Shown here one piece after another: positions 9,318 through 18,991 of a stretch of DNA of 64,000 nucleotides. The stretch is taken from the NCBI GenBank assembly GCA_033763315.1, contig JANRKS010000007.1, forward strand, positions 128,001-192,000, written 5' to 3'. Each line of letters begins with the position of its first letter. The stretch's first letter is position 1. A model generated the notes under the pieces. That model was not told where the DNA came from, did not search any database, and saw only the letters and a list, made by a program, of their open reading frames with translations. Origin of the DNA: Deltaproteobacteria bacterium (GTDB lineage: Bacteria; Myxococcota_A; Polyangia; Fen-1088). A program made the position numbers and the translations under genes.

Positions 9318-11231
9318 GGCGTGCACCGGCAACTTCACCGACGGCGGAATCTGTAGAGTCTTGACGCCGCGGCCCCAGCAAATTGTCTCGCCCGAAGGCC
9401 GTTTTCCACACTCACTATCGGCGCCCATCCAAAAGGCTGTAAAGAGCCCTTTTTCCGGGTACGGCTGAGTTCCGTCATACTCGAAAAGATACGAGCGCGT
9501 GACGGCCCAGCCTCTTTCGTCCGCCTTTGTGAGAGCCCCACCGAAGTAGCGCCCATCGCTAGCGAAGTTGACCAGCTCTTGGCCTGGCTCGCTTTCCTCC
9601 TTATCTCCCTTTCGGTTCATACAAATCATTCGCTTGTTGGCCGTCAAGCCGCACACGAAGTCAGCGCCACAAAGAATGTCGACGAAAGTGCCGGGAGGAA
9701 CCTTGGGGGTGTCGCCCCAACAAACGATGTGACCGTCTTCCGCCAAAGCGCAGGCATGGACGTGTCGTTGGCTGTTGGCCAGCAATTCGTCTGTTTGTGA
9801 AATCCAACGACCGCCACCGCAAAGCTTCGTGTATCTTGCCGCAGGCACCTGTTCTTTGGCCCAATCGTGGCCTCGAACTTCAATGTGGCCATCAGGCATC
9901 AGCGACAGCGTCGCCAAGGGAGCTGGGTAGGCGGCCTTGGCGCCGGCCACAACAGACGCTTGCGTCCAACCATCAACGGTAAAGCATTCAGGTTTTCCAT
10001 CAACGGTGTCTCCGCACACGCCTTGTTCATGCACGTAGAGGTTGGAGAATCGCAAATCAGGAACGCGAAAAGGTGGAAAGGGTCTTTCTTGTCCACCACG
10101 CATGCAAGTGGCTCGGCCGTCCTTGAGCACCACGCACAGATTCGTCGCACTGCCCGCCATAGTCGCTACGTCGGGGTAGAATCCCGGCCCATCGCCCTGT
10201 ACCGTGTGCACCCAGCACACAAGTGGGAAAGGTGCCTTTGAGGCGCTCGCTTCAACACCACAGCGAAGCGAGCTTTCGGCATGGCGATTTTCCGTGGGCG
10301 GGGTAGCTTGACCACGATCGTTGTAGCCCCAGCAGGCAACACGATCATCAGCTGCGATCGCACAAGTGTGTAAGGCTCCTGCCTGCACGTTCTTCCACTT
10401 GCCAGGAACCGCGACCGATTGGCCACACTCCCACTCAAGCTCTTTGCAAGGCGCCGTCGTTTTGCCGGCGCCCCAGCACGTCAGTTCGCCATCCATCGTG
10501 ACGCCACAGGAATGATACCGGCCCGCTGTCACTTGTTTGAATTTGCCACGTGGCGGTTTACTTTGACCATGGCTGTTGGATCCGCCGCAGTGAACGGTTG
10601 AAGAAGCATCGAGAGCGCAAACGTGGTGACCGCCAACCGCTACCTGTGTGAACTTGCCTTCGAGTGCCTGGACCCGCTCACAATACATCGTGCCGTCGGA
10701 GCGGATTGCACACGCGCCGAACTCGCCGCCTGCGATTGATATGAAGGGGCCTTTGATGGACTCGTCCTCTCCGACTGAACTGCTGATGTTTCCGTCGTCC
10801 TCAAGTATCCAGTCGTTCCTATTGTGATTTCCAGCAGGGACCTCTACCCAGTCCTTTACGGCGCGTGTTTTGATACGACCGAAGACTATGGAACCTGCGT
10901 GATCTGGTTCCGAGAGAAAGGAACTGCGTTGCTCGGTTATCAGCACCGGGCCTTCGTCGATGCATGACAATTTTTTTAGCATGATGACTGGTGCCTCGAC
11001 GAAATCAGGCATACCCCAAACCACCGCGCTTCCGTCCTTGCGCAAGCCGCAGCTGACGTGTTGGCCAGCCGACAGCTGAGTCAATTGAATGCCAAAAGTC
11101 ACACCAGTCACTCCGGTGCCCGCAGGCACTGACGTGGAGGCTTGCCCTGTTCCTTGACGAAGGTTGGGTTGCAGCGGCTTATTTCTGCAACCCGTGACAA
11201 GGCAGATTACAACCAGCAAAAAAACTCTCAA
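9309..11231 (-). CDS. RCC1/BLIP-II repeat lipoprotein, candidate immunity protein
   Basis: Lipobox LVTGC after a TTG start; repeats VAVGGHHVCAL, VTAGRYHSCG..DG.LTCWG, VQAGALHTCAI...VACWGYNDRGQ. Confidence 0.85.
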   Translation of the reverse strand: MRVFLLVVICLVTGCRNKPLQPNLRQGTGQASTSVPAGTGVTGVTFGIQLTQLSAGQHVSCGLRKDGSAVVWGMPDFVEAPVIMLKKLSCIDEGPVLITEQRSSFLSEPDHAGSIVFGRIKTRAVKDWVEVPAGNHNRNDWILEDDGNISSSVGEDESIKGPFISIAGGEFGACAIRSDGTMYCERVQALEGKFTQVAVGGHHVCALDASSTVHCGGSNSHGQSKPPRGKFKQVTAGRYHSCGVTMDGELTCWGAGKTTAPCKELEWECGQSVAVPGKWKNVQAGALHTCAIAADDRVACWGYNDRGQATPPTENRHAESSLRCGVEASASKAPFPLVCWVHTVQGDGPGFYPDVATMAGSATNLCVVLKDGRATCMRGGQERPFPPFRVPDLRFSNLYVHEQGVCGDTVDGKPECFTVDGWTQASVVAGAKAAYPAPLATLSLMPDGHIEVRGHDWAKEQVPAARYTKLCGGGRWISQTDELLANSQRHVHACALAEDGHIVCWGDTPKVPPGTFVDILCGADFVCGLTANKRMICMNRKGDKEESEPGQELVNFASDGRYFGGALTKADERGWAVTRSYLFEYDGTQPYPEKGLFTAFWMGADSECGKRPSGETICWGRGVKTLQIPPSVKLPVHADR

Positions 11232-11250
11232 TGGATTTTAAACCTCATGC

Positions 11251-13770
11251 TCAAACGCTCAGGAATTTTTCGTTGAATGATCGTTTCACGATTACTTTTC
11301 CATCACCGTAGACGTCCAAGTTGAGAGTTGAACTGATCGTGGCCCACGACCCGGCAGGGGCGCGGTGGGGCCCCTCTAACTTCACGTATTCACCCTTCGC
11401 AAGGCGAACGGACCCATCCGGAGGAAGCTTGAGCCAGCTGGCACCCGTGCTACTGGATATCGAGAAACTCCCCGTCCACATCATTGCGGTTGGAGGCATA
11501 CGAGCGCCTTTGTACTCGATGCCGACGTAAACGTCTTTTTCGCTTCCGTCCCCCGCGAAGGCCACCTTGGCCACGAACGTACCAAACAAAATCTCATGCA
11601 ATGCTTGCTCCTGCGCAGAAGCATCTGCCCTCAGCAACATTAACGGTTTACCGCCGGACCAATCGGGCACTTCGTCATCGTTGCCATCGCCCCATGGGGT
11701 GTGCCTGAGGAATACCTTTACATCATCGTAGTGGGCCGCGACCCGAGTCCCGACCTCCTTAACGGCCAAGCTTGCCAACACGAAGAGGATGCCGACGCCA
11801 GTGCCGCTTAAGACGGCACCCCCTGCAATGCCGAGCATCGCTCCTGCAGCACCAACTGCAGACGCGGCGACAGCGCCGTTGTTGCGTTTCGCAAAGCCGT
11901 CCTTGATGTTGAGCACGCAATCGACACTATCGAGCAACAACGCCACGGGAGTGAGCTTCGCTCCCTTAAAGATCCCCCGGCTCCAAGTGATTTCCGGAAG
12001 ACGGTACTTCCCGACCATGGAGGACAGACTTCCGTAGAAGCCAACGGCTCCGTAGAGGGCCGTCCACGCTTCGCGACCTTCCCGTTTTTCCCAAAATGTG
12101 TCGACGTTTACGATCAGGTTCGCGAGCTGGCCCGCAAGGCTCAACGTATCGAGGTTCGCGTCACGCAGTTTTGCCAGCGGTGACTTGGGATCGGAACTTG
12201 CAGTCGTGATTCTGCTTTTGAACGCCGTCCAGCGACGTTGGTCTTTCGCCCGGACCACTGGAAGTGCAATCTGCATCCAGGCCCCCCACACCTTCTTCGC
12301 CTTACCGGCCGGCGTGGTTATCGCATCGAGGCGGGCCTTTAGTAAGTCGGCGAGTCCTTCGTCCTTGTGTGGCGTCAAGCGCGGCAACAGGCGCAGCAGA
12401 TAATCGTCAGTACCCCCTATCCCCCGAGTGTCTAAAAGGCAAGCCATGGCCACGGCCTCAAGGTGATCTATGCGTTCTTCATCACCAAGATGGTCGTCGA
12501 AAAGTCCCGCGAAAGCGTTGCCGAACCCTCCCATGGGCGGCCCGGGGGGCAAAGAGATTTTTGACGCGGGCGAAGACGCGAGCTCCTTCATGGTGCAGTC
12601 AGATACGATATACGTGTCAGCTTGCGGCCAGGCTGCTTCCACAAAAAGGTTGTTGCCAAGCGACGGCAACGAGAACGGCAACTTGCACTGCCGTTGTGGC
12701 ACGCCGATCCAACGAACAACGGCCGTACCCGCGAACTCTAAAGCCGCGCGCAGTCTTCGCGACTTGGCCTCCTTGGACAGAAAATAATATGAGAGCCCGT
12801 TGCCATCAATCGGGCGCGCGTCGGTCGAGGTGCGGGCGATCTGGCCGAGCGAAACAAGTTCCTCGAGGTCTTGATCGCCTTGCACCAGAGCGCGCACATG
12901 GCAGGCCACTCGATATTGGGCGTCGGTCGCCAGGCGACTTGTCTCGGCAAGCCAATCTTGATTAAGGCGCTGAAAAATCTGCGCGCGCAGTATCGCTTCG
13001 TCCAGCGGATCAAATAGATGCACTCTGAAAATCTGCGAAATTCCCGCAGGTGAATTTATATCCAGCGGCACGAAACGTTTTTCAGACTTCGGGGAGGCTG
13101 TGTCGGTTGTGAAGGGGTCCCACAGGGGCACGAGCCGATTTGTGACAGCCGCGATTGCCTTCTTGGCGTCACTGCCGAATCCTTCCCTGAGATCTTGCCG
13201 CACTTTCTGGGGCAGCGGAAACGGCGCCAACATGAAGAAGTAGCAGTCGTGCATTGCACATTGATTTTGTGTGCACGACAATGCGCTCAAAGCCAACCTC
13301 GTCTCTTTGGGCCCCGTTGGCACTCCCTGGGCATCGCAGTGCTGAAATGACCCGTTCTCGAAATGCAGTTCATGCTCCAGCACCAAACCTTCGCGCAGGT
13401 TGTTCTTGGCCTTGAACACGTAAACGCGCTTGTTGTTGATCGGTTGGCTCGCCTCACGATCAAACGTGCGCATGAAAACGCGAACTTGATTTTCGGCATG
13501 CCACTCGCATTCCATTCCGCGGTAAACCCCACCCATCAAACGCATGTTTGGCGAGAGCCGCTGGCCATGGTCGTCGGTGCCCTCTTGTACTCCAAAGAAA
13601 CGATAGATGGTGGCAACTCGTGGACCGTCGTCGCCCCTGACCAGGTATTGCCGGCTCCACGGGTTCCATTGCAGATCATACAAACGATCTATCTGCCGAA
13701 ATGTGACCACCACGTTCACGATCGCTGACTGAATGCCTCGCTTATCCGCGGGTTGTTGAGCGTCAGTCAT
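11251..13770 (-). CDS. Large putative toxin/effector (VasX/MIX-effector-like architecture)
   Basis: ~839 aa, no signal peptide; central V.LFDP motif; C-terminal Gly/Ala hydrophobic hairpin followed by FLRHTPWG; ATGA-coupled to the upstream gene. Confidence 0.55.
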   Translation of the reverse strand: MTDAQQPADKRGIQSAIVNVVVTFRQIDRLYDLQWNPWSRQYLVRGDDGPRVATIYRFFGVQEGTDDHGQRLSPNMRLMGGVYRGMECEWHAENQVRVFMRTFDREASQPINNKRVYVFKAKNNLREGLVLEHELHFENGSFQHCDAQGVPTGPKETRLALSALSCTQNQCAMHDCYFFMLAPFPLPQKVRQDLREGFGSDAKKAIAAVTNRLVPLWDPFTTDTASPKSEKRFVPLDINSPAGISQIFRVHLFDPLDEAILRAQIFQRLNQDWLAETSRLATDAQYRVACHVRALVQGDQDLEELVSLGQIARTSTDARPIDGNGLSYYFLSKEAKSRRLRAALEFAGTAVVRWIGVPQRQCKLPFSLPSLGNNLFVEAAWPQADTYIVSDCTMKELASSPASKISLPPGPPMGGFGNAFAGLFDDHLGDEERIDHLEAVAMACLLDTRGIGGTDDYLLRLLPRLTPHKDEGLADLLKARLDAITTPAGKAKKVWGAWMQIALPVVRAKDQRRWTAFKSRITTASSDPKSPLAKLRDANLDTLSLAGQLANLIVNVDTFWEKREGREAWTALYGAVGFYGSLSSMVGKYRLPEITWSRGIFKGAKLTPVALLLDSVDCVLNIKDGFAKRNNGAVAASAVGAAGAMLGIAGGAVLSGTGVGILFVLASLAVKEVGTRVAAHYDDVKVFLRHTPWGDGNDDEVPDWSGGKPLMLLRADASAQEQALHEILFGTFVAKVAFAGDGSEKDVYVGIEYKGARMPPTAMMWTGSFSISSSTGASWLKLPPDGSVRLAKGEYVKLEGPHRAPAGSWATISSTLNLDVYGDGKVIVKRSFNEKFLSV

Positions 13771-15215
13771 AGCACCGGACCCGTCGTGTCGATCCAACCC
13801 ACAGCATCATCTATCGCAGCAAGGCCCTGTTCCCCCTCAGCGACGTGGTGCCGATCGAACTCTTCTGTACGCGGTTGATCGACAATCTCAATAAACGTGC
13901 GTCCAAGGAAGACCTGGCTTTGGCGACCGCAGCCGTCGATCCTCTCTAAATCGTAAACTGCGTCTAAGAGAAGCTCGTCAAACTCAAGTTGCAAGAGATC
14001 GTCGCCCGGCACCAAGTCATCCTTTGGCGTGCGCTTCTTTTGATAACGTCCATCGGTGCTGCGCAACACGTATTGCGGATGTTCCATGTCATCCAGCGGC
14101 TCGTGAGTCGCGAACGCGATCGTCATCACGGGTGGATAGACGCAGTAAAGGTTTTGCTGGTTCACCAAGCCGGTTACGGGGGGGCCGCCCGCCACCACAA
14201 TGAGCCGATCGTGCCCGTCTTTTCGGTCCGATGGTTCGCCCTTCCCTTGGGTTCCGGGCCCCTGTTTGCCTTTGCGATCAGGTAGCTGCGGAAATTCAAT
14301 CATTACAGGTCCCTGTTTGGATACCGGTTCCATTCGGAGAAAGCCCGCCGAATCCAATGTGCCACTAAGCGCGGCGCCATCGCTGTCCTTGCCGCTCACG
14401 GAACAGTCCGAAATCGGGCGGCCATGCGGATCGCAGACTTTGATTTCCACCCAACCTTTTTCAAGTTGCTTACGTTCGTCAACCCATTTTTTGAGTTGAG
14501 CCGGCGTCATGGCCTGTTCGGCGGATGCGCCTTCGACCGATGGCGCACGAACTTTCTGCAGAAGGAACAGCGCATTGCCGGTTGGATGCTGCGATGGATG
14601 CGAGATGGCGCTTTCAAGGCGGGTCCACGTTGTTTTATCCAGGGCAGCATTCTTAGATCGCGCCAAGGCGCCAAGGATTTCGTGCGCTTGTTGTGGCCGC
14701 ATGGCTTCAAAGTCGCCACTTCGAATGGCCTCGGCGTATATCTCACTCATCACAAGTCTGTAAGTTCTGCCAGAAAACAAGAAGGGGTTGCCAAACGCAC
14801 TCCAAAACCGTCGGGCCGCCGAATACAGCACGTCGCTGCCAGACCCTTGCTCGCCACCAGTTAGCAGCTGACTTGGTAGAACCAGCATTCGGCGGTCAAG
14901 GATGCCTTCCATTACCCAGTCTATGGCCGCGTCGAAGTTTCCCACCTCTATGCCCGGTCCCAGATGAGCCTCAGCGAATTCGGAGACCTTCCACGGATCG
15001 AGCCGATACTCGTCATACTGTTCGCGCACGATCTGGGCTGCCAACACCGGCTCCCAGGCGTGACGTTGCACTCCATCGGGCACTTGATACCAACAGGCGA
15101 CGGCGAGCCGTCTGTCGAACGCATCAAAAAATAGGTACTTGGCGGACGGCATGACTCGGGCAGTCTGATCCACGAAGGGCGCTGCGGCAATCGATATGGA
15201 CTCGCATCTAGACAT
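13767..15215 (-). CDS. Hypothetical protein with transthyretin/carboxypeptidase-regulatory-like domain (T6SS-associated adaptor-like)
   Basis: WVEIKVCDPHGRPI...DG..LSGTLDSAG......GPV.IEFP motif; start at 15215 or 15152 (the track's longer extension overlaps the divergent gene). Confidence 0.6.
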   Translation of the reverse strand: MSRCESISIAAAPFVDQTARVMPSAKYLFFDAFDRRLAVACWYQVPDGVQRHAWEPVLAAQIVREQYDEYRLDPWKVSEFAEAHLGPGIEVGNFDAAIDWVMEGILDRRMLVLPSQLLTGGEQGSGSDVLYSAARRFWSAFGNPFLFSGRTYRLVMSEIYAEAIRSGDFEAMRPQQAHEILGALARSKNAALDKTTWTRLESAISHPSQHPTGNALFLLQKVRAPSVEGASAEQAMTPAQLKKWVDERKQLEKGWVEIKVCDPHGRPISDCSVSGKDSDGAALSGTLDSAGFLRMEPVSKQGPVMIEFPQLPDRKGKQGPGTQGKGEPSDRKDGHDRLIVVAGGPPVTGLVNQQNLYCVYPPVMTIAFATHEPLDDMEHPQYVLRSTDGRYQKKRTPKDDLVPGDDLLQLEFDELLLDAVYDLERIDGCGRQSQVFLGRTFIEIVDQPRTEEFDRHHVAEGEQGLAAIDDAVGWIDTTGPVL

Positions 15216-15275
15216 GTTGTGGCGACGTTGGTAGCCTCGGCGCAGCTTGTTCGAATGTTTGCGAGGAAATTGAGA

Positions 15276-17348
15276 ATGCTGAAGCCTAGCCTTTTGTTCG
15301 GTGCGTTGTTCGCGATAGCCGTGCTCACATTTGGGGCCTGTTCCAAAGAGTCGGAGACACGCCCTTGCAATCCCGGCACTGTGTTTCTGCAATTCGTGTG
15401 TTCTAAGGCGTTGGGCGAGGTCAACGCCACCGCGGAACTTGAAGGCTTGGCGGGTCAAAGGTCGTCGAAGTCCTTCAACTTCAACTGCCCGGGTACCTAT
15501 AGCCTGGAGGTTAAAGTCACAGGCTACGAAACCGGCGGCAAGATCAATGCCTTGGTCAACGCGACCGCTGGCGACGGGATTTTGCTCAAGGACAAATCGG
15601 TCGAGATACCGTTGCAAGATGGGTGCACTAGATTTGATCTGGAACTGGATGCCTCCGACGCACTAGACGCGGCGGTGGTGATGAACAGTGAAGATGGCGG
15701 CACTTTGACGGGCAACGATGGGGCCGCGACAACTGATGCCGATTCCACCTCAATGGGAGTCGCCCGGGGCGGATCCTGTGCGCGCGACGAACAATGCATT
15801 GATGGTCATTGCGTCGACGGCGTCTGCTGCGACACAGCTTGCGATGGCGTGTGCATGGCCTGCACCAACGAAAAGACCGGCAGCCAAACGGGCCAATGTT
15901 CGGCGACAAAATCAGGCGTGAAGCACAGCAAGTGCGTTGCCACTGAGCCAACGTCGTGCGGCACCGACGGCGCGTGTAACGGCGCCGGGAAGTGCAGTTT
16001 CTGGGACAGCACGAATGAATGCTCAGCGGCCACATGCAGCAGTGGCGACTACGTGCCAGCCCGAAAGTGCAACGGCGCGGGTGCCTGCCAGGCAGCGGCA
16101 CCCAGCAAGTGTGGTGAATACGCTTGCACAGGCGAGGGATGCAAAACCAATTGCAGCGTTGCAGGCGATTGCTCTGCGGGTGTGCAATGTATCGGCGGGA
16201 AATGCGGAGGCAAGCGCGCCTTAGGCGACGCTTGTTCCACCAACAGCGAGTGCACAAGCCCGGGATATTGCGTGGACGGAGTTTGTTGCGGCGCAAAGTG
16301 TGACGGCAAATGCGAAGCCTGCAGTGCGACGCTGACGGGCGGTAACAATGGAGAGTGTCTGCCGGTGCCTGCAGCCAAAGGCAATCAAGCCGATTGCTCG
16401 GTTCAATCGGCCGCAAGCTGTGGGATGACTGGGCGTTGCGATGGTGCCCGGAAGTGCGAGCTGCACGCCGCTGGGACGGAATGCGTAGGGCAAACGTGCT
16501 CGGGCGCAGGATACGCTCCCGCTCGTAAGTGTGACGGGGCCGGGAGTTGTCTCCCCGTTAGCGTGATGAGTTGTGGAACCCACATCTGCGCCGCAGGAAA
16601 CTGCAAGAATCCTTGCGCGTCTGACAATGACTGCATCTCTGGTAACTTCTGCAGCAACGGGACCTGTACGGCCAAGCGTGACAATGGGGCTTCCTGCAAC
16701 GGAGGCGGTAACCAATGTGCGAGCGGCATTTGCTCGAGTTCAGTGTGTTGCAACTCAGCATGCAGCGGAAGCTGTAACAGTTGCAAGTCAGGAACCTGTT
16801 CGAATGTCTGTCAGAATGTGACAGTCGGCCTGAACAACAACATCAGCGGGCACCTGCATACTGCTTACGGCGCAGTCTCGAAGCGCGAAATTTTCCAAGT
16901 GGGCGACACCGAACTGCAAATTGATGGCTACAGCATCGCTTACTTTAGCTTCGATGTGTCCTCCATCCCATTCGGGTACACAGCGACGGCGGCAACACTC
17001 TCGTTCATAGTCTCTGACTGTAATATGAACGCCTTCGCGCTCGGGAATATGACGGTTGAACCTCTGGATTACGGAACGACTTTTGAGCCGGCAGATGCGT
17101 TGATCGCAGCAACGGCGACTGGAAAAGTGGTGGCGAGGTCAGAAAGCGACGTCGGCACTATCTCAATCGATGTTCTCGATTGGGTGAACAAAGACTTAAC
17201 GGCCCGCCACTCGAACCTCAGTCAGTACAGAATTCGATTTGCGACGACGCAGAATAACGACGGTCGCAATACTTCTTGCGCGATACCGAATTCCACGTTC
17301 ATTGCCCCAGTGGTTCCTTCTCTTTCCATGTCTGTAAGACAGCCGTAA
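15276..17348 (+). CDS. Cys-rich repeat surface lipoprotein with C-terminal beta-sandwich (DNRLRE-like) domain
   Basis: GAGGAA RBS, lipobox TFGAC; tandem repeats containing CVDGVCC...CDG.C.AC; C-terminal YFSFDVSSIP...TAATL motif. Confidence 0.82.
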   Translation: MLKPSLLFGALFAIAVLTFGACSKESETRPCNPGTVFLQFVCSKALGEVNATAELEGLAGQRSSKSFNFNCPGTYSLEVKVTGYETGGKINALVNATAGDGILLKDKSVEIPLQDGCTRFDLELDASDALDAAVVMNSEDGGTLTGNDGAATTDADSTSMGVARGGSCARDEQCIDGHCVDGVCCDTACDGVCMACTNEKTGSQTGQCSATKSGVKHSKCVATEPTSCGTDGACNGAGKCSFWDSTNECSAATCSSGDYVPARKCNGAGACQAAAPSKCGEYACTGEGCKTNCSVAGDCSAGVQCIGGKCGGKRALGDACSTNSECTSPGYCVDGVCCGAKCDGKCEACSATLTGGNNGECLPVPAAKGNQADCSVQSAASCGMTGRCDGARKCELHAAGTECVGQTCSGAGYAPARKCDGAGSCLPVSVMSCGTHICAAGNCKNPCASDNDCISGNFCSNGTCTAKRDNGASCNGGGNQCASGICSSSVCCNSACSGSCNSCKSGTCSNVCQNVTVGLNNNISGHLHTAYGAVSKREIFQVGDTELQIDGYSIAYFSFDVSSIPFGYTATAATLSFIVSDCNMNAFALGNMTVEPLDYGTTFEPADALIAATATGKVVARSESDVGTISIDVLDWVNKDLTARHSNLSQYRIRFATTQNNDGRNTSCAIPNSTFIAPVVPSLSMSVRQP

Positions 17349-17602
17349 GGCGCGCTTTAGGACAAGGTACTATCGCGCCTAGGGGGTTCCGCGGGTTACA
17401 ACGCTGCAGCGGCACAGCCACGAGCTTGGCCTCCCCAGTTGCTGGACACGCAGGGCGCGGCTGGAGCAGATGGCAGGGCGCCCAATCGAACCTAACTTAC
17501 GGCGCGTTACCTCGAACGTGACACAAAATTCGGCGCAACGGACTGACCCGAGAGGCCTCGGCGCGCGCGATCGACAACATGGACACGGTGCATCCTCGGA
17601 AC

Positions 17603-18817
17603 CTAGCTACCGCAAGTGATCGGGCGGAAGACCCAGCGCAGCTGGTCGCCGATCCACAATGCCCACGTTTGGTCGCTGTGGCCGAAGGAAGTAATTAGAA
17701 GTTGATGATCAATGCTCTTGGTAGTCATCGCGTTATGTACTTCCTTATTGACGTCGAGCCACGTGGCGGCACACTGAGACTTGTCGATATCGCCGCCCGG
17801 CTCGGTTCCAGAGCAGCCGGCCGCTATGCGGTCGGGGATTGATCCATAGATATCGCACTTGCCAACCGACATGGAGAACCGCACGCCCTTGGCGGCCGAA
17901 CCCTTGATCATGGTGGCGTAGCCATCGTTCGAATTGCCGGCCTTCGGCATAAAGCACACGTAGCTGCCACTGCCCGTGATGGCGTTGGCCACAACGGTGG
18001 GGTTATCCCAAACCACGTCGAACACCACGGCACCCGAGGTGCTCTGCCCGGCGATCACATGCCATTTCGCATCCATCGACACCTTGGGGTACTTGGCTTT
18101 CACGGCCGACAAGGCTGATGAAAAAGTGTTTTTCGCCGTGGCACCAGCCCCCGGGTCATTAATGTTCGTTCCCGAGAACACCAGAATCAGCGGCGGGATC
18201 TCCTTGGTGTTGATCAGGTTATCCAGCAACGTCTGCCATTTGTAGTCGCCGCTTGTGGGGTTCGCGAAGTTGCCGAACACCACGCCGAAGGCCACTTTGC
18301 CGTCAGCCGCAGCCGCGTATTGGCTGGGCACGTAGTAGGGAGAGCCGATGTCGTTTTTGATCTCGCCCTTCGGAGCAGTGCTGGGCGACTTGGCGGGATC
18401 GTTTTTCTGCTCCGCCATCTTGAGGCTTTCGGAGTCGTACTGCCCGCTCCACGTCATGGGTCGCAACGTCTTGGACGTGCACCATTTCGGCGCGTCGCCC
18501 GAGACAACCACCATGCCGCCGGTGCCTGGCGCACCACCGCCCATGCCGCCCGTGCCACCGCCGCCCGCGCCGGCTTGCGATCCACCGCTGGCGCTGCCAC
18601 CGCTGCCGTTGCCACCCATGGCCGAGGACGAGCCACCTTTGCCGCCCATGGTGCTGCTGCCGCCGCCGTCGCCGCCTGATTCCTCGCCACCAGCGCCGCC
18701 GCCGGCTTCGCCGCCGCCGCCATCGCCGTTGCTGCCACCACCACCACAGGCCCACGCAACGATGGCGAGCCCCGCTACAAACGATGTTTTGCTCAAGATA
18801 AGGCGACGGAACTTCAT
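17603..18817 (-). CDS. Esterase-family (alpha/beta hydrolase) lipoprotein with Gly-rich linker
   Basis: AGGAG RBS, lipobox AWAC, ~80-aa Gly/Ser linker, LDNLI..KEIPP, IAGQSTSG nucleophile elbow, C-terminal GH. Confidence 0.8.
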   Translation of the reverse strand: MKFRRLILSKTSFVAGLAIVAWACGGGGSNGDGGGGEAGGGAGGEESGGDGGGSSTMGGKGGSSSAMGGNGSGGSASGGSQAGAGGGGTGGMGGGAPGTGGMVVVSGDAPKWCTSKTLRPMTWSGQYDSESLKMAEQKNDPAKSPSTAPKGEIKNDIGSPYYVPSQYAAAADGKVAFGVVFGNFANPTSGDYKWQTLLDNLINTKEIPPLILVFSGTNINDPGAGATAKNTFSSALSAVKAKYPKVSMDAKWHVIAGQSTSGAVVFDVVWDNPTVVANAITGSGSYVCFMPKAGNSNDGYATMIKGSAAKGVRFSMSVGKCDIYGSIPDRIAAGCSGTEPGGDIDKSQCAATWLDVNKEVHNAMTTKSIDHQLLITSFGHSDQTWALWIGDQLRWVFRPITCGS

Positions 18818-18991
18818 ATCGGTTCTCCTAAGTCGAGGCGCATCAAGAGACGCGGCAAAGTCCAAAAAACGGTTCCCAACTATACCTAAGACTTCGCTTG
18901 GGGTTGTAAAGCTTGTGCGCAAAATGCGGCAATCACGCCAAAAACACGCACTTAGATGCGCCCGGCGTGATCCGCAAGACATAACCAATCG

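Noticed and set aside
15216-15617. N-terminal extension of track ORF 13767..15617
   Set aside because: Overlaps the well-supported divergent lipoprotein gene; the true start is more likely 15215 or 15152.
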